From Octopus bimaculoides (taxonomy: Eukaryota), in assembly GCF_001194135.2 (NCBI RefSeq), contig NC_068982.1, forward strand, positions 61,622,867 to 61,686,866: 64,000 nt of DNA, read 5' to 3'. Within the stretch, counting starts at the first letter, position 1. Each line of letters starts with the position of its first letter. This document shows positions 9,828 to 22,020 of this stretch, one piece after another. A program made the position numbers and the translations under genes. A model generated the notes under the pieces. The model had not been told where the DNA came from, searched no databases, and saw nothing but the letters and a program-made list of their open reading frames with translations.

Positions 9828-12045
9828 GGAACTGTACCAGACAGCAAGAAGGGAGGCTGGAAGACAGGTGTATATAGCCAAGGGAGAAGCAGAAAAGAAG
9901 TTTGCCAATGTTTAGCAACGTGAGGACCAAAGAACTGAAGTATTTCGGATTGCAAGACAGTGTGTGAGAGGAAATTGTGATGTTACAGGAGAGAAATGTG
10001 TCCACATGGATGATGGCGCACTTGCATTTAATGATTCTGCAAAGAAAGAGGCTTGGAGATGCCATTATGAAAGGCTGCCGAATGTGGAGAATGAATGGGA
10101 GGAGGAGAGCCTGCCAAATGTTGAGGGACCAGCTACCCAAATTGATAGCACCCTGGTAAACAAAGCAATTAAGGATATTAAGTCAAGAAAAGCCCCAGGC
10201 CCATCAGGAATCACTGCTGAGATGCTTATAATATCTGGTGGTGTGGGTTATGGTCTAGTCACCTGTATTGTAAATCAGGTAGTTCACAAAGGAGTCATAC
10301 CCAATGACTGGCGTAGCAGCACCATAGTCAACTGCTACAAAGGTAAAGGTGATGCTTTAGATAGAAATAACTACAGGGGTATCAAACTGCTGGATCAGGT
10401 GATGAAGGTCATGTAGAGGGGGTCATAGCCCAACTAATTAAGGAGAGAGTCTGCTTAGATGAGATGCAGTTCAGTTTTGAGCCAGGTAGAAGCACCACTG
10501 ATGCTATATTTCTGGTAAGGCAACTGCAGGAGAAATACCTAGCTAAAGATAAACCCCTATACTTGGCTTTTGTTGACTTGGAGAAAGCCTTTGACAGGGT
10601 CCCCCGGTCCCTTATCTGGTGGGCGATGTGGAAACTAGGGATAGATGAGTGGTTAATAAGAGCTGTACAAGAATGCTGTCAGTAAAGTATGGGTTGGCAA
10701 CGCGTATAGTGAAGAATTCTGGGTAGAAGTAGGTGTTCACCAAAGATCAGTCCTCAGTGCCCTCTTATCATAGTCCTCCAGGCAATAACAGAGAAATTCA
10801 AGACAGGCTGCCCCCGAGAGCTCCTCTATGCTGATGACCTTGCTCTCATTGTTGAATCACTACCAGAACTAAAGAAGAAATTTCCGGTGTGGAAGCAAGG
10901 TTTAGAATCGAAGGGTCTTAGAGTCAATGTTGCAAAAACCAAAGTCCTGGTAAGTAAGAAGGCGAACAAATCACAAACCTCTTCAGGTAGATGGCCCTGC
11001 TCGATCTGTAGAAAAGGTGTAGGTAGAAACTCCATAAGATGTACCCAGTGTAAGCTATGGACGCATAAGAAGTGCAACAATATCAAAGGAAGGTTAACCG
11101 GGATGATAACTTTTGTGTGCAGCAGATGCACAGGGTCAATAAACACCACAGATGCTCAGAAAACAGATATTATCACATGCCAAGGGGAGAAACTAGAAGT
11201 AGTTGATAGCTTCCACTACCTAGTTGTAGTTGGGGTGGATGCTTTGAAAGCGTTGCCACTAGAATAAGTATAGCCTGGGCAAAGTTCAGAAAGCTCCTAC
11301 CTCTGCTGGTAACAAAAGGTCTCTCACTCAGAGTGAAAGGTAGATTGTATGATGCATGTGTACAAACAGCCATGCTACACAGCAGTGAAACATGGGCCAT
11401 GACTGTTGAAGACATATGTAGGTTTGAAAGAAATAAAGCTAGTATGGTCCATTGGATGTGTAATGTCAGTGTGCATACACGACAGAGTATAAGCACCCTG
11501 AGAGAAATGTTGGACATAAGAAGCATCAGATGTGGTGTGCAAGAGAGATGACTGTGCTGGTATGGTCACATGCTGCATATGTGTGAAGAAGTGTCACTCC
11601 CTAACAGTGGAAGGAATCCGTAGAAGAGGGAGACCCCGGAAGACATGGGATGAGGTGGTGAAGCCCAACCTTCAAACGTTGGGCTTCACAGAGGCAATGA
11701 CAATAGACTGAGACCTCTGGAGATGTGCTGTAATTGAGAAGACCCAGCAAGTAAAGTGAGATCACAGCCGAAGCCTATACCAGTGTCACATAACCAGCCC
11801 ATTTAAAAAGTACTCGAATTGTCGGGTGACATGCTATGCTTGAGGAGACCTATTGAGTCAAGTAAAATCAAAAACAGAATCTTAATCAAATTGAAATCAA
11901 AAATGGAAATTGTAGTTGTGGCCGATGCCAGTGCTGCCTGACTGGCTCCCATGCTGGTGGCACGCAATAAGCACTATTCATGTGTGGGTCATTGCCAGTA
12001 CAATACCGGTGGTATGTAAAAAGCACCATCCGAACTTGGTCAATG
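9828..12045 (+). mobile_element. RTE-clade LINE, 5'-truncated, degenerate RT plus 3' UTR
   Basis: KAPGPSGITAEML, IPNDWRSSTIVNCYKGKGDALDRNNYRGIKLL, QFSFEPGRSTTDAIF, AFVDLEKAFDRVPR, LLYADDL (~10820-10840), CSICRKGVGRNSIRCTQCKLWTHKKC, RLRWYGH-like tail; several stops and frameshifts. Confidence 0.95.
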
Positions 12046-12444
12046 AAGCAATAATACTCTCAGAATTGCTCCTGTTCCTTTGATGAAACAAAGTAGATAC
12101 ACCCATTTGCATGCGTATTATTTTTTTCTGAGATGTCACATTTTCTAAGTATTATTCCATGTGTGAAATTCAAGTGCAAATGACTTAGCTGGTGATTCCT
12201 GGTTAGCTCACATTCATTCAGTGAGGGTAGACTTGTCATGAGTGAGGATAACATGTTGAATATCATCATCATCATTAAAGTAAACATATTGCTGTTGGGG
12301 TAAATGAACTATACAGTGTTGGATTGGAAGATATGAAGAATGTAATTTAAAACCCCCAAATTCTCTAAACTGCCTCTGGTGAGGATAAATAGTGGCCATT
12401 AATATAATTTCATCTTTGTTTCTGTTTATTGTGCATTGATTTGC

Positions 12445-12660
12445 CCCACCAATCTTGAGACAAATTTTGGCATAAGGCTAGCAATTTTGGGGATAAGTCA
12501 ATTACATCAATCCCAGTATTCAATTGACATTTTTATCAACTCCAGAAGGATGAAAGGCAAAGTTGACCTCGATGGAATTTGAACTGAGAACATAAGGATG
12601 GGTGAAATGCTGAAAAGCATTTTGTCTGGTGTACTAACAATTCTGCCAGCGTGCAGCCCT
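12445..12660 (-). mobile_element. SINE family C, diverged (short-tail variant)
   Basis: ggatgaaaggcaaagttgacctcgatggaatttgaactgagaa...ctgccagc matches the C consensus. Confidence 0.8.
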
Positions 12661-12789
12661 TTTGGTCACTAATCACAACCTTTATGAATATATTTAATCA
12701 ATTTTACAGCTGCACATATCTCTACATTACAATGATCTCCATATTTGACTAAAAAAGGAAGAAAATGGTACTACTGAATGATTATCTAA

Positions 12790-13530
12790 TTTGACACTTC
12801 ACTGTAAATGTAGAACCATTATTTCAACATGAGCTAAGTGGATAGCTGTGTAATGTATTTTCCTAAAAGTCTTTAGGGAAATGCTTTTTACATCTCCCAT
12901 CAACCATACATTTTGTATTGGGTTTATCTCTCCCACATGGACCATGTAACGTGCTTTTGGTGGCATGTTGAAATAGAATTGGTTCCGTTTGTGGATTTGA
13001 AAGTTCTGCATAAACTTCCCATAATTATCTGGATCTAATGTATTCTTTTTTTAAAATGAACAACATATGGCGATGAGGAAGTCTATGCTTTTGAAACTAT
13101 ACTTTACATGAACACTACAATCTTTATCAAAATGTTCTCCAAAATATCATATAAGAATAAGTTTCATTTTGAATACTGTCAGTTAAGTCTTGTCTGTCAG
13201 CTGGTGTTTGATTTTTCTTTCCACTGGAGTTTTAAAAGGTTCCTGAGAAAGAAGTATTCAGTCAATGCCCTCATCTAAAACATTTCCTACTACAGATTTG
13301 GAATTCCTCATTTGTAGAATAGGCTCACAGCAGTTCCTTTGAATATCACCATGGCCGGAACTGATGTAGGGGGATAGCCCCATCACGCCTGCAGCACGGA
13401 CAATTATTTTCTGTTTACAAAACCAACTGACCGTTCTATATTTCTTGCAGTTACAAAGCGGTTATGCCCTTCAGCCATTTGAGCCTGATGAGTTGCTTAT
13501 ATTGCTAAGCACTTTATAAGTGCGGAACCA
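12790..13530 (-). mobile_element. Highly decayed pogo/Tigger-like (DDE_1) transposase
   Basis: Fragments VTARNIERSVGFV, VPAMVIFKG, EYFFL, TLDPDNYGKF, KTFRK fall in the order expected for pogo-type transposases; many stops. Confidence 0.45.
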
Positions 13531-13691
13531 ATAGCCACTCTATGATCAGCTATAACTTATAACTTCCTAAAAAAATATATTACTGTTCTTATGCTTTAGA
13601 GTGTGCTTTTTCAGATATATGAACTACTGATGATATATATATGTATGTATGTATGTATACATATATATATATATATGTATTGTATTTTTTT

Positions 13692-13777
13692 GGCGAAGGT
13701 AAAGAATACGCACACAGGGTGGTTAGGGTTTTTGTTACGCCCGAAGACGGGTGGTATGCGTATTCTTTACCTCCACC
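13692..13777. repeat. Short inverted repeat (mini-MITE/hairpin)
   Basis: ggtaaagaatacgca (13698-13712) / tgcgtattctttacc (13757-13771) perfect; extends to 21 bp with 2 mismatches. Confidence 0.7.
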
Positions 13778-14437
13778 GTGGTTTTTTTTATAAATACTGT
13801 TGTTTTTTTTTATATATAGCATGCCATAAAATAAGCAAACCAACATATAGATATATAAAAGCAATGTAATCTTAATATTTCTTGTGTCGAAAAGAAATAT
13901 GTTAAAGCGATGAAATATTAATTCTTATTTGAACGCAAGCGAAATATGCAAACAGTTTGAGAATGTAAAAAATAAAGCAGACAGCTATAAAATGTAATAT
14001 TGTGAAGTAGTTAACAGAACATGTACTTAATATTTAAAAAACAATGATGAATAAATGAAGAATATTAAAAAAGACAATGAAACAAGTTGTAATAATTCTT
14101 TCTAGTGTAGGTACAAAGACTAACATAAGGTGTAATAAGAACATTTCAATACAAAACGTTGTCAGCAATTGAAACAGGCTCAAAAATATATTAAATAAGT
14201 AGGAAAATAACACAGTTAATGACAGTATGTAAGAAAAAAAAAGTAATGAAAAATTAGAATACAAAGTTGAAAACACGTTCCCCAATAAACAATGTTTGCC
14301 AAGTAGAAATTAAATACAAAACTGCTTCTTTCATACATGCACACGAAGTGTACTCCGGTGGTAGGGACTTCCCTCCGGGAAGGACCTGTGTGAAAGAAAT
14401 AATTGCGCAAGCTTTACCAGAAGTTTACAGTAAACCT

Positions 14438-14816
14438 GTGGAGGCGCAATGGCCCAGTGGTTAGGGCAGCGGACTCGCGGTCATAGGATCGCGGTTTCGA
14501 TTCCCAGACCGGGCATTGTGAGTGTTTATTGAGCGAAAACACCTAAAGGCTCCACGAATCTCCGGCAGGGGGTGGAGGTGAACCCTGCTGTACTCTTTCA
14601 CCACAACTTTCTCTCACTCTTACTTCCTGTTTCTGTTGTGCCTGTAATTCAAAGGGTCAGCCTTGTCACACTGAATATCCCAGAGAACTACGTTAAGGGT
14701 ACACGTGTCTGTGGAGTGCTCAGCCACTTGCACGTTAATTTCACGAGCAAGCTGTTCCGTTGATCGGATCAACTGGAACCCTCGACGTCGTAAGCGACGG
14801 AGTGCCAACAACAACA
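14438..14816 (+). mobile_element. SINE family B, full length, with TSD
   Basis: TSD acagtaaacct at 14427-14437 and 14817-14827; (caa)n tail; near-identical to 5250-5622. Confidence 0.92.
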
Positions 14817-14829
14817 ACAGTAAACCTAT

Positions 14830-17800
14830 TCTAACTATGTAGTGTAGAGATTATGTAGCTGAGCAGAGGTCGTTTGAGTTGTTAATAACGGAGTGTTTTT
14901 ATCGTAAGTCAGAACGTTAAATATTTGTTTGTTAATTATTACTGTTGGAATTGTTGTTTTACTTTTTCTCTTCTCATTGGGGTAAAAATGGAGAAAACGC
15001 CAGTGGGCGGCCGCAACTGGAAAAGGAATAGAAGAGGAAACGTTGGAAATAATTGAAATTAAGGTAGAACCAAGGAATGTGAGAGGTTGCTATCTTATTT
15101 CTTTATTTCCCATAAGGGGCTAAACATAGAGGGGGACAAACAAGGACAGACAAAGGGATTAAGTCGATTACATCGACTCCAGTGCGTAACTGGTACTTAA
15201 TTTATCGACCACGAAAGGATGAAAGGCAAAGTCGACCTCGGCGGAATTTGAACTCAGAATGTAACGGCAGACGAAATACTGCTAAGCATTTTGCCCGGTG
15301 TGCAAACGTTTCTTATTTCTTTATTGCCCACAAGGGGCTAAACATTAGAGGGGACAAACAAAGGGATTAAATCGATTACATCGACACCAGTGCGTAACTG
15401 GTACTTAATTTATCGACCACGAAAGGATGAAAGGCAAAGTCGACCNNNNNNNNNNNNNNNNNNNNNNNNNNNNNNNNNNNNNNNNNNNNNNNNNNNNNNN
15501 NNNNNNNNNNNNNNNNNNNNNNNNNNNNNNNNNNNNNNNNNNNNNNNNNNNNNNNNNNNNNNNNNNNNNNNNNNNNNNNNNNNNNNNNNNNNNNNNNNNN
15601 NNNNNNNNNNNNNNNNNNNNNNNNNNNNNNNNNNNNNNNNNNNNNNNNNNNNNNNNNNNNNNNNNNNNNNNNNNNNNNNNNNNNNNNNNNNNNNNNNNNN
15701 NNNNNNNNNNNNNNNNNNNNNNNNNNNNNNNNNNNNNNNNNNNNNNNNNNNNNNNNNNNNNNNNNNNNNNNNNNNNNNNNNNNNNNNNNNNNNNNNNNNN
15801 NNNNNNNNNNNNNNNNNNNNNNNNNNNNNNNNNNNNNNNNNNNNNNNNNNNNNNNNNNNNNNNNNNNNNNNNNNNNNNNNNNNNNNNNNNNNNNNNNNNN
15901 NNNNNNNNNNNNNNNNNNNNNNNNNNNNNNNNNNNNNNNNNNNNNNNNNNNNNNNNNNNNNNNNNNNNNNNNNNNNNNNNNNNNNNNNNNNNNNNNNNNN
16001 NNNNNNNNNNNNNNNNNNNNNNNNNNNNNNNNNNNNNNNNNNNNNNNNNNNNNNNNNNNNNNNNNNNNNNNNNNNNNNNNNNNNNNNNNNNNNNNNNNNN
16101 NNNNNNNNNNNNNNNNNNNNNNNNNNNNNNNNNNNNNNNNNNNNNNNNNNNNNNNNNNNNNNNNNNNNNNNNNNNNNNNNNNNNNNNNNNNNNNNNNNNN
16201 NNNNNNNNNNNNNNNNNNNNNNNNNNNNNNNNNNNNNNNNNNNNNNNNNNNNNNNNNNNNNNNNNNNNNNNNNNNNNNNNNNNNNNNNNNNNNNNNNNNN
16301 NNNNNNNNNNNNNNNNNNNNNNNNNNNNNNNNNNNNNNNNNNNNNNNNNNNNNNNNNNNNNNNNNNNNNNNNNNNNNNNNGCAAGAAGTATTGGAAAAAA
16401 TAGTCATTGAATGCCTGTTGTGGAAGAAGTGAAATGATTTACTCTTAAGACAACCGAAACCGACTCATAGCCGTCATTAAAAGTGTTCTTATTTAAATTA
16501 AACTGTCCTAACGACTTTGTTTTCTCACAACTTTCTGAAAAACAAAAAAACAAAAAAAAACACGAATGTTTGTTTAATGAAATTTTCTACTAACATCTTT
16601 CAGATGGTGTAGATTATGATTATAGTGGGGAAAAACAGAAATTGAGGCGTATGAATTATCCGAAACTCATCTTCCACTCCTCAAAAAAAAAAAAAAAAAA
16701 AAAATCACAGCAAATTCTGATGTAGTAATTGCATTAAAAAATATCAATTTTTCAAAAAGTTATCAGGAAAAAGTCAGGGATGGATATACTTCTGTAGTCA
16801 TACATCCCGCCTTCATTCTATTGTCTAAGACCCTTTTAGTCACGTTCCAAAAAACCATTTTAATTGTGAAAATGTTATTTTTCTAAATCCCTCCGACAAA
16901 TTCCTCATTATTTTTATAATTAACTGAAACAGAAGTAATGATGTCAGAAATACGATCACAAAACGTGAATTTCGTTCCAGTGTTTATTATTTTTATATGC
17001 GTAAGAAGGATTTTCATTGAATTTTCTTTTTTAACAGGAGGAATATATTGTGATTTTAATGAAAGATCAAGTGAAGTAAGTAGAATATTTATACGTCTTA
17101 GATTTTTCAGATCTGGTAGTAATGTAGGTGCTTCTTCTTTTTCTTTTTTTTTCTGTTAAATCAATGTCGTCTGATAGACGAAGCGAAAGCGAAAGTCCCA
17201 CTGGGTGAAAGAAAGTAAGGTTAATCTCTCCGTTCCTCACCCCCGCGCATTTTTTTCTTCATATTCGTTTACGACACATTGTTTTTTTTATACCTATTAC
17301 GCTATTTTTTTTACATTTTGTGACCAGGTTTTAAACTAGAGATTAAGTTATCCTGGTATATCGAATGTTAATGGAAAAGCGTTAGAACGATTAACACGTG
17401 ACAATTCTCCGTGAAATTATGGTCTTTGTCGCCCATGAAAACACTTTAATTTTTTTTTGTTTTTTTGTTTACGTCGGCAAAACCTTTTTCACTTATGAGA
17501 CGGAAAATATCCTCTGATAACAAGGTAAAATGCATGCATTTTCATGGGGCCTCTGGAAGCGAATAAACGATTTAGAGTGTCGACGACAGATTTTGAACTG
17601 GCGATCCATCTGTTGTCCTGTTACCCTTTATTGTATCATGATACTCTGTTAACACATTCATGGCGATGTTTCGTTTTATGATGCAGAAAGAGCGGCGTAA
17701 TAAAATGAAAGTAAAATAATGTTCGGTCATATTCGGTCGACTAAATTCAGCAATGAAATGAAACTAGGAGAATGTTTTTCTTTGAAAATGAAAGTTCACT
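14830..17800 (+). promoter_or_regulatory. Candidate CpG-rich promoter / 5' exon region
   Basis: CpG visibly abundant at 14870-15060 and 17160-17760 versus depleted flanks; consensus donors atc|GTAAGT (14904), gaa|GTAAGT (17076), aaa|GTAAGG (17215); acceptor tttcttttttaacAG (~17037). Confidence 0.4.
15093..15445 (-). mobile_element. Head-to-tail tandem of SINE family C running into an assembly gap
   Basis: Unit 1 ~15093-15310; unit 2 restarts at 15311 (tcttatttctttatt.ccca.aagggg) and is cut by Ns at 15446. Confidence 0.85.
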
Positions 17801-18380
17801 TACTGAAAGGAATTACATCGTACGTGATATTTGTGTTAATACGATGAACGTTGAAAGTACAATTAACTTTTTGCATCGTTGGAATTAATTCATAATTCAG
17901 CAGAATGCTGTAATGAACCAATGTGTTTTGATGAATTGCCACACATACTCCGACGGAAAAGATTAGAGATGTTGTGTATGCAGGCATGATCAAAGTACTT
18001 GACAAGATTTTCTTCTCTGGGTCTCGTATCCCTTTGCATCACCTTGCAGCTATATTGGTAGGCAGCAGGGCATAACTACACAAATGTGCCCTCCCTTGTA
18101 TTTGATTCCACACAACTTTCAGAAAAATGGATACATTTTATTGAAATTTTCTACAAATTCTTTTCAGGTGGTGTAGGTTTCGATTATATCAGAATTCGTT
18201 GTGAAANNNNNNNNNNAAAAAAAAAAAAAAAAAAAAAATTCGGAGAGGGGTTCGAATTTATGATAATTCATTCACACGATTCGACTGATTCCTTACAACT
18301 TTCAGAGAAATTGATATTTTTTAATGAAAGTTTCTACAAAAACCTTTCAGATGGTATAGATTGTGGATCGGATTTTAATG
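16526..18380 (+). repeat. Dispersed unclassified repeat (three related segments: ~16526-16620, 18108-18190, 18294-18375)
   Basis: Shared caactttc.ga.aaa...ttaatgaaa.tttctac.aa...tttcag.tgg(t)gtag. Confidence 0.55.
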
Positions 18381-18513
18381 TGGAAAAAATGGTATGGTGG
18401 GCGCACACATATATATACTAATTCATTTCACATAGTTTTTTTCAAAATTTCAAATCTTATTTTGTAGATATACATGTGATGTGTGTTAGTATGTATGTGT
18501 GCACACGAATTTA

Positions 18514-19887
18514 GGTAAAAATGGCACAGGTAAAAACGGCACAAGTGAAAAGATAGGTAAAAATGGCACAATAAGCAAGATTTCCTCCAGACCTTTGGGA
18601 GGTACTTTGGGACAGCTTGATGAACTTTGGAACGTACATCAAGCTTAACAAAATAAATACAAAACTAGTAACTCTGGTTACCATTTATCTCAGTGGCTCT
18701 ACCACAACTCCATCATGGAAGCCATAGCGAGTAATAAAGAGAAAAAGTAGATTTACTCCCAAGGATACATGTATACAAAACAGACTGTAAGATCAACTAC
18801 TATCAGATGGAGATGTGTTAAGAAAACATGATTTTGTAACGGTACCATGGTATGACTGATGCTGTATCAGCTAATGACCACAAACACGCTCCTGATTCTG
18901 CAGCTATTTCGGCCACAAAATGCATCGACAACATGAAGAGAAAAGCAGCAGAAACAGAAGATAAACATAGCCAGATTTACAGCAATAACTTGGATAACTT
19001 ATCAGATGAAGGAAAGGCGTTACTTCCAAGTGAGGACATCATAAAGAGAACTTTGCATAACCAAGCATCAAAACCATATCCACAAGTACCAGAAAGACTG
19101 GAAGATCTGAAACTTACTTGGAGAATGGACAGCTACTGCAGCTCCCGAGCCCAAACCATTTTTGTTCTTCGATAATGGACAAGATACTGGCAACCGCATC
19201 ATTGCTTTTGGTTCTGATGAATCACTGCGGTTACTTGCTTCTGCTGATACATGGCTGATGGATGGCAATTATGCAATGGCTCCACTATGATTTCTACAGC
19301 TTTATGTAACATGCGTCCCAATTGATAATACTGCAGTTTCTACTGTTTTTGCTTGTCTGCAGACTGAAACACAAAATATATATGAAACCCTGCTGCAAGC
19401 AGTCATGGATCGTTGCCACGAGATTGAGCTCTACCCAGACCCAACGGCCATAGTTGTTGACTTCGAGCAGGCAATCATCCAAGTTATGAACAACGTTTTT
19501 GAACTGGAAACGCGCACACAAGGTTGTTTCTACCACCTGACTAAGAGTACTTGTAGAAAGATACAGGATCTTGGCCTCACCAACCACTACAAAGAGAGTG
19601 AGGACTTCTGTCAATTCTGTGGACAGATCGACTCATTGGCATTTATACTAATTGAAGATGTTCCAGTGGGAATGCAGTTACTCAAGGGTAGATGTCCTGA
19701 TAAGGCAGCTCCCCTGCTAAAGTACTTCGATCAAACCTATGTTTCTATTAAGAAAATAGATTTTATTTAAAACCAATTTTAAAATTAGACTAACTTAATT
19801 CTACTTTATTTTTTGTCAATACTATATATTTCAATAAGCTTATTGTGTCATTTTTATCTATTTTTTTTCACTTGTGCCATTATTACC
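18514..19887 (+). mobile_element. MULE (Mutator) transposon with FLYWCH domain, 3'-deleted transposase
   Basis: GYMYTKQTVRSTTIRWRC..C...NDHKH (FLYWCH); WLMDGNY, FLQLY, IVVDFEQAI, QGCFYHL, LLKYFDQTYVS; ~50-bp TIRs 18529-18576 / 19838-19887. Confidence 0.9.
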
Positions 19888-20095
19888 CTTCACTGTTTGC
19901 ATGCCCGCCAATGTTTTTCTGTTTTCATATTAAATTCCGATATAATTGGAATTTACACTATTTGAAAGGTATTTGTAGATTATTTCATTAAAAATATACT
20001 CCCAAGAGTTATAAGGAAACAGCATTAAGGTGGGGGAACACTTGAGTACGTATGCCGACAGTAGTTGACTGCAAGCAATATTTTGTTATGTAAAG

Positions 20096-20278
20096 GCGGC
20101 GAGCTGGCAAAATCGTTAGATGGGCAAATGGCTTAGCAGTATTTCATCCATCATCATGTTCTGAGTTCCAATTCTGCTGAGATCGACTTTGTCTTTCATC
20201 TTTTGGGGTCGATGTAATTGACTTACTCCTCCGAAAGTGCTGACCTTGTGCACAAATTTGAAACCAATACTTTGTTCT
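20096..20278 (+). mobile_element. SINE family C (short-tail variant)
   Basis: ggcggcgagctggcaaaatcgttag...ttctgagttccaattctgctgagatcgactttgtctttcatc...cttgtgcacaaatttgaaacca. Confidence 0.8.
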
Positions 20279-20686
20279 GGAGCAGATCTGTGTTGGTAGA
20301 GAAGCATTGATTAACTATTTTACAGTTGTCTGTTGTATATCAACCATCTTGAACACAGATTGGTGGAAATGGTTCAATGCCTTCGACAACATTATCCTGT
20401 CTAATTTGTGTATTTTAGTTTATTATTAAATTATGATAAAATAAATCAAAAGCATTTTACGAAAAATCAGATATTACAATTATCATTTTGTTACTTCAGG
20501 ATTTTATTATTTTTAATTCATTTAAAAGAAGTTATTTCATTTTCCCTTTCCTTGGGTAAACGACAATCTCTGCCAATACAGTAGTTTTGCTTTCTGAATC
20601 TCAAAACAAAATATTGCCCACATTCATATACATAATATATTTGTATTTTTTTTTACCAATTTACACCAATTACTCAATAGTGCATT

Positions 20687-21015
20687 GTTGTTGTTGGCAC
20701 TCCGTCGCTTACAACGTCGAGGGTTCTAGTTGAAATTAACGTGCAAGTGACTGAGCACTCCACAGACACGCGTATCCTTAACGTAGTTCTCGGGGATATT
20801 CAGCGTGACACAGGCACAACAGAAACAGGAAAAAAGAGTGAAAGTTGTGGTGGAAGAGGACAGCAGGGTTCGCCATCATCCCCCGCCGGAGCCTAGTGGA
20901 ACTTTAGGCATTTTCGCTCAATAAACACTTACAACGCCAGGTCTGGGAATCGAAACCGCGATCCTATGACCGCGAGCCCGCTGCCTTAACCACTGGACCA
21001 TTGCGTCTCCACGGT
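20687..21015 (-). mobile_element. SINE family B with internal deletions and TSD
   Basis: Reverse complement of the B consensus; TSD aatagtgcatt at 20676-20686 and 21016-21026. Confidence 0.9.
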
Positions 21016-21167
21016 AATAGTGCATTACCATAGTATTAATCTTCTGTAGATGTCGAAGTGTTTAAAAAAATACGGAAGCACGCGTAACCTCTCGCCCCCC
21101 CCCCATTATACATTTTCCTTCGTGATATAACTACCGCTAAACTAACATTTGAACTAGTTCTTTTTTC

Positions 21168-21554
21168 GGTACTTTTTGGTTATCCCTATTAAAAAATTGG
21201 GCTATATCCGCACTAAAAAATTGAGTTTATGAGGCGACAAGAGATTGGATTAAAAGGGATTAGATCTTTTGATTGAATACTTCAAAACATTGTTGACATT
21301 TGGCTCCCTCAACAGGCATGGTATGATTTGTTATAAAAATGTTATTAGATTCTATAAGATATTTAATCTTTTCCGTTTTCCTGTTTATTAATTTTTCCAG
21401 TTTTCATATTTCCTAATTTTTTCATTTGTTTTGTATTATTGAGGGTTAAACAACTTTTTTAGTTGGGGGAGATAACCAAAAATACCGATATTTTTCATTA
21501 AATGGGGGGAGATAACCCAGTTTTTTAATGGGGGTGAGATAACCAAAAGGTACC
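21168..21554. mobile_element. MITE with GGTAC termini and 8-bp TSD (Merlin-like)
   Basis: Left ggtactttttggttatccc..attaaaaaattggg; right reverse complement ggtaccttttggttatctc..attaaaaaactggg; TSD cttttttc at 21160-21167 and 21555-21562. Confidence 0.75.
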
Positions 21555-22020
21555 CTTTTTTCATAAACCATTCATTTTTGTTTTAATAATGAAGTAAAAA
21601 GAGGAGCAGGATTTCTATAGTAGCTTAGTTAATCTTTGATGCCTGAGGAGGTTCTTGAGTTGTCTGCTTCTCCAAAAATTATGATATAAACATAAAAATC
21701 AGAAAATGCTGACCATAACTCGCCCTCCTTTTAACTGTGCTAGTATGTATCCATGACCTTTGAAAGCTTCCCTAGACTGGTCAGAAATTGATGTAGCTTA
21801 TGGCTAGCCAGAATATCTGCAGAACAAGGTGCATGCTTGTGTGTGTATGTGTGAACAGGAGAGGCTTGGTCTGAAAGTGTCAGTTACACTAAATGCACCC
21901 ACAAACCAGGTAGTAGAGGAAAATTAAGTTTGAGGTGGTTAGAACTATCACCTATTAAAAAACAAAAACAACGCAGAAAATAAACAAAACAAAACTATAT
22001 ACTGATGTCTAGATCTATTT

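Noticed and set aside
14267-14464. 65-aa ORF as a possible host exon
   Set aside because: Its end lies in a SINE B insertion; removing the SINE gives ...SKPILTM* with no recognisable motif or convincing splice sites
15376-16410. Long ORFs of 324-343 aa
   Set aside because: Artefacts of the N-gap (poly-X); same for the ORFs spanning gaps at 35429-36098, 47971-49286 and 58112-58344
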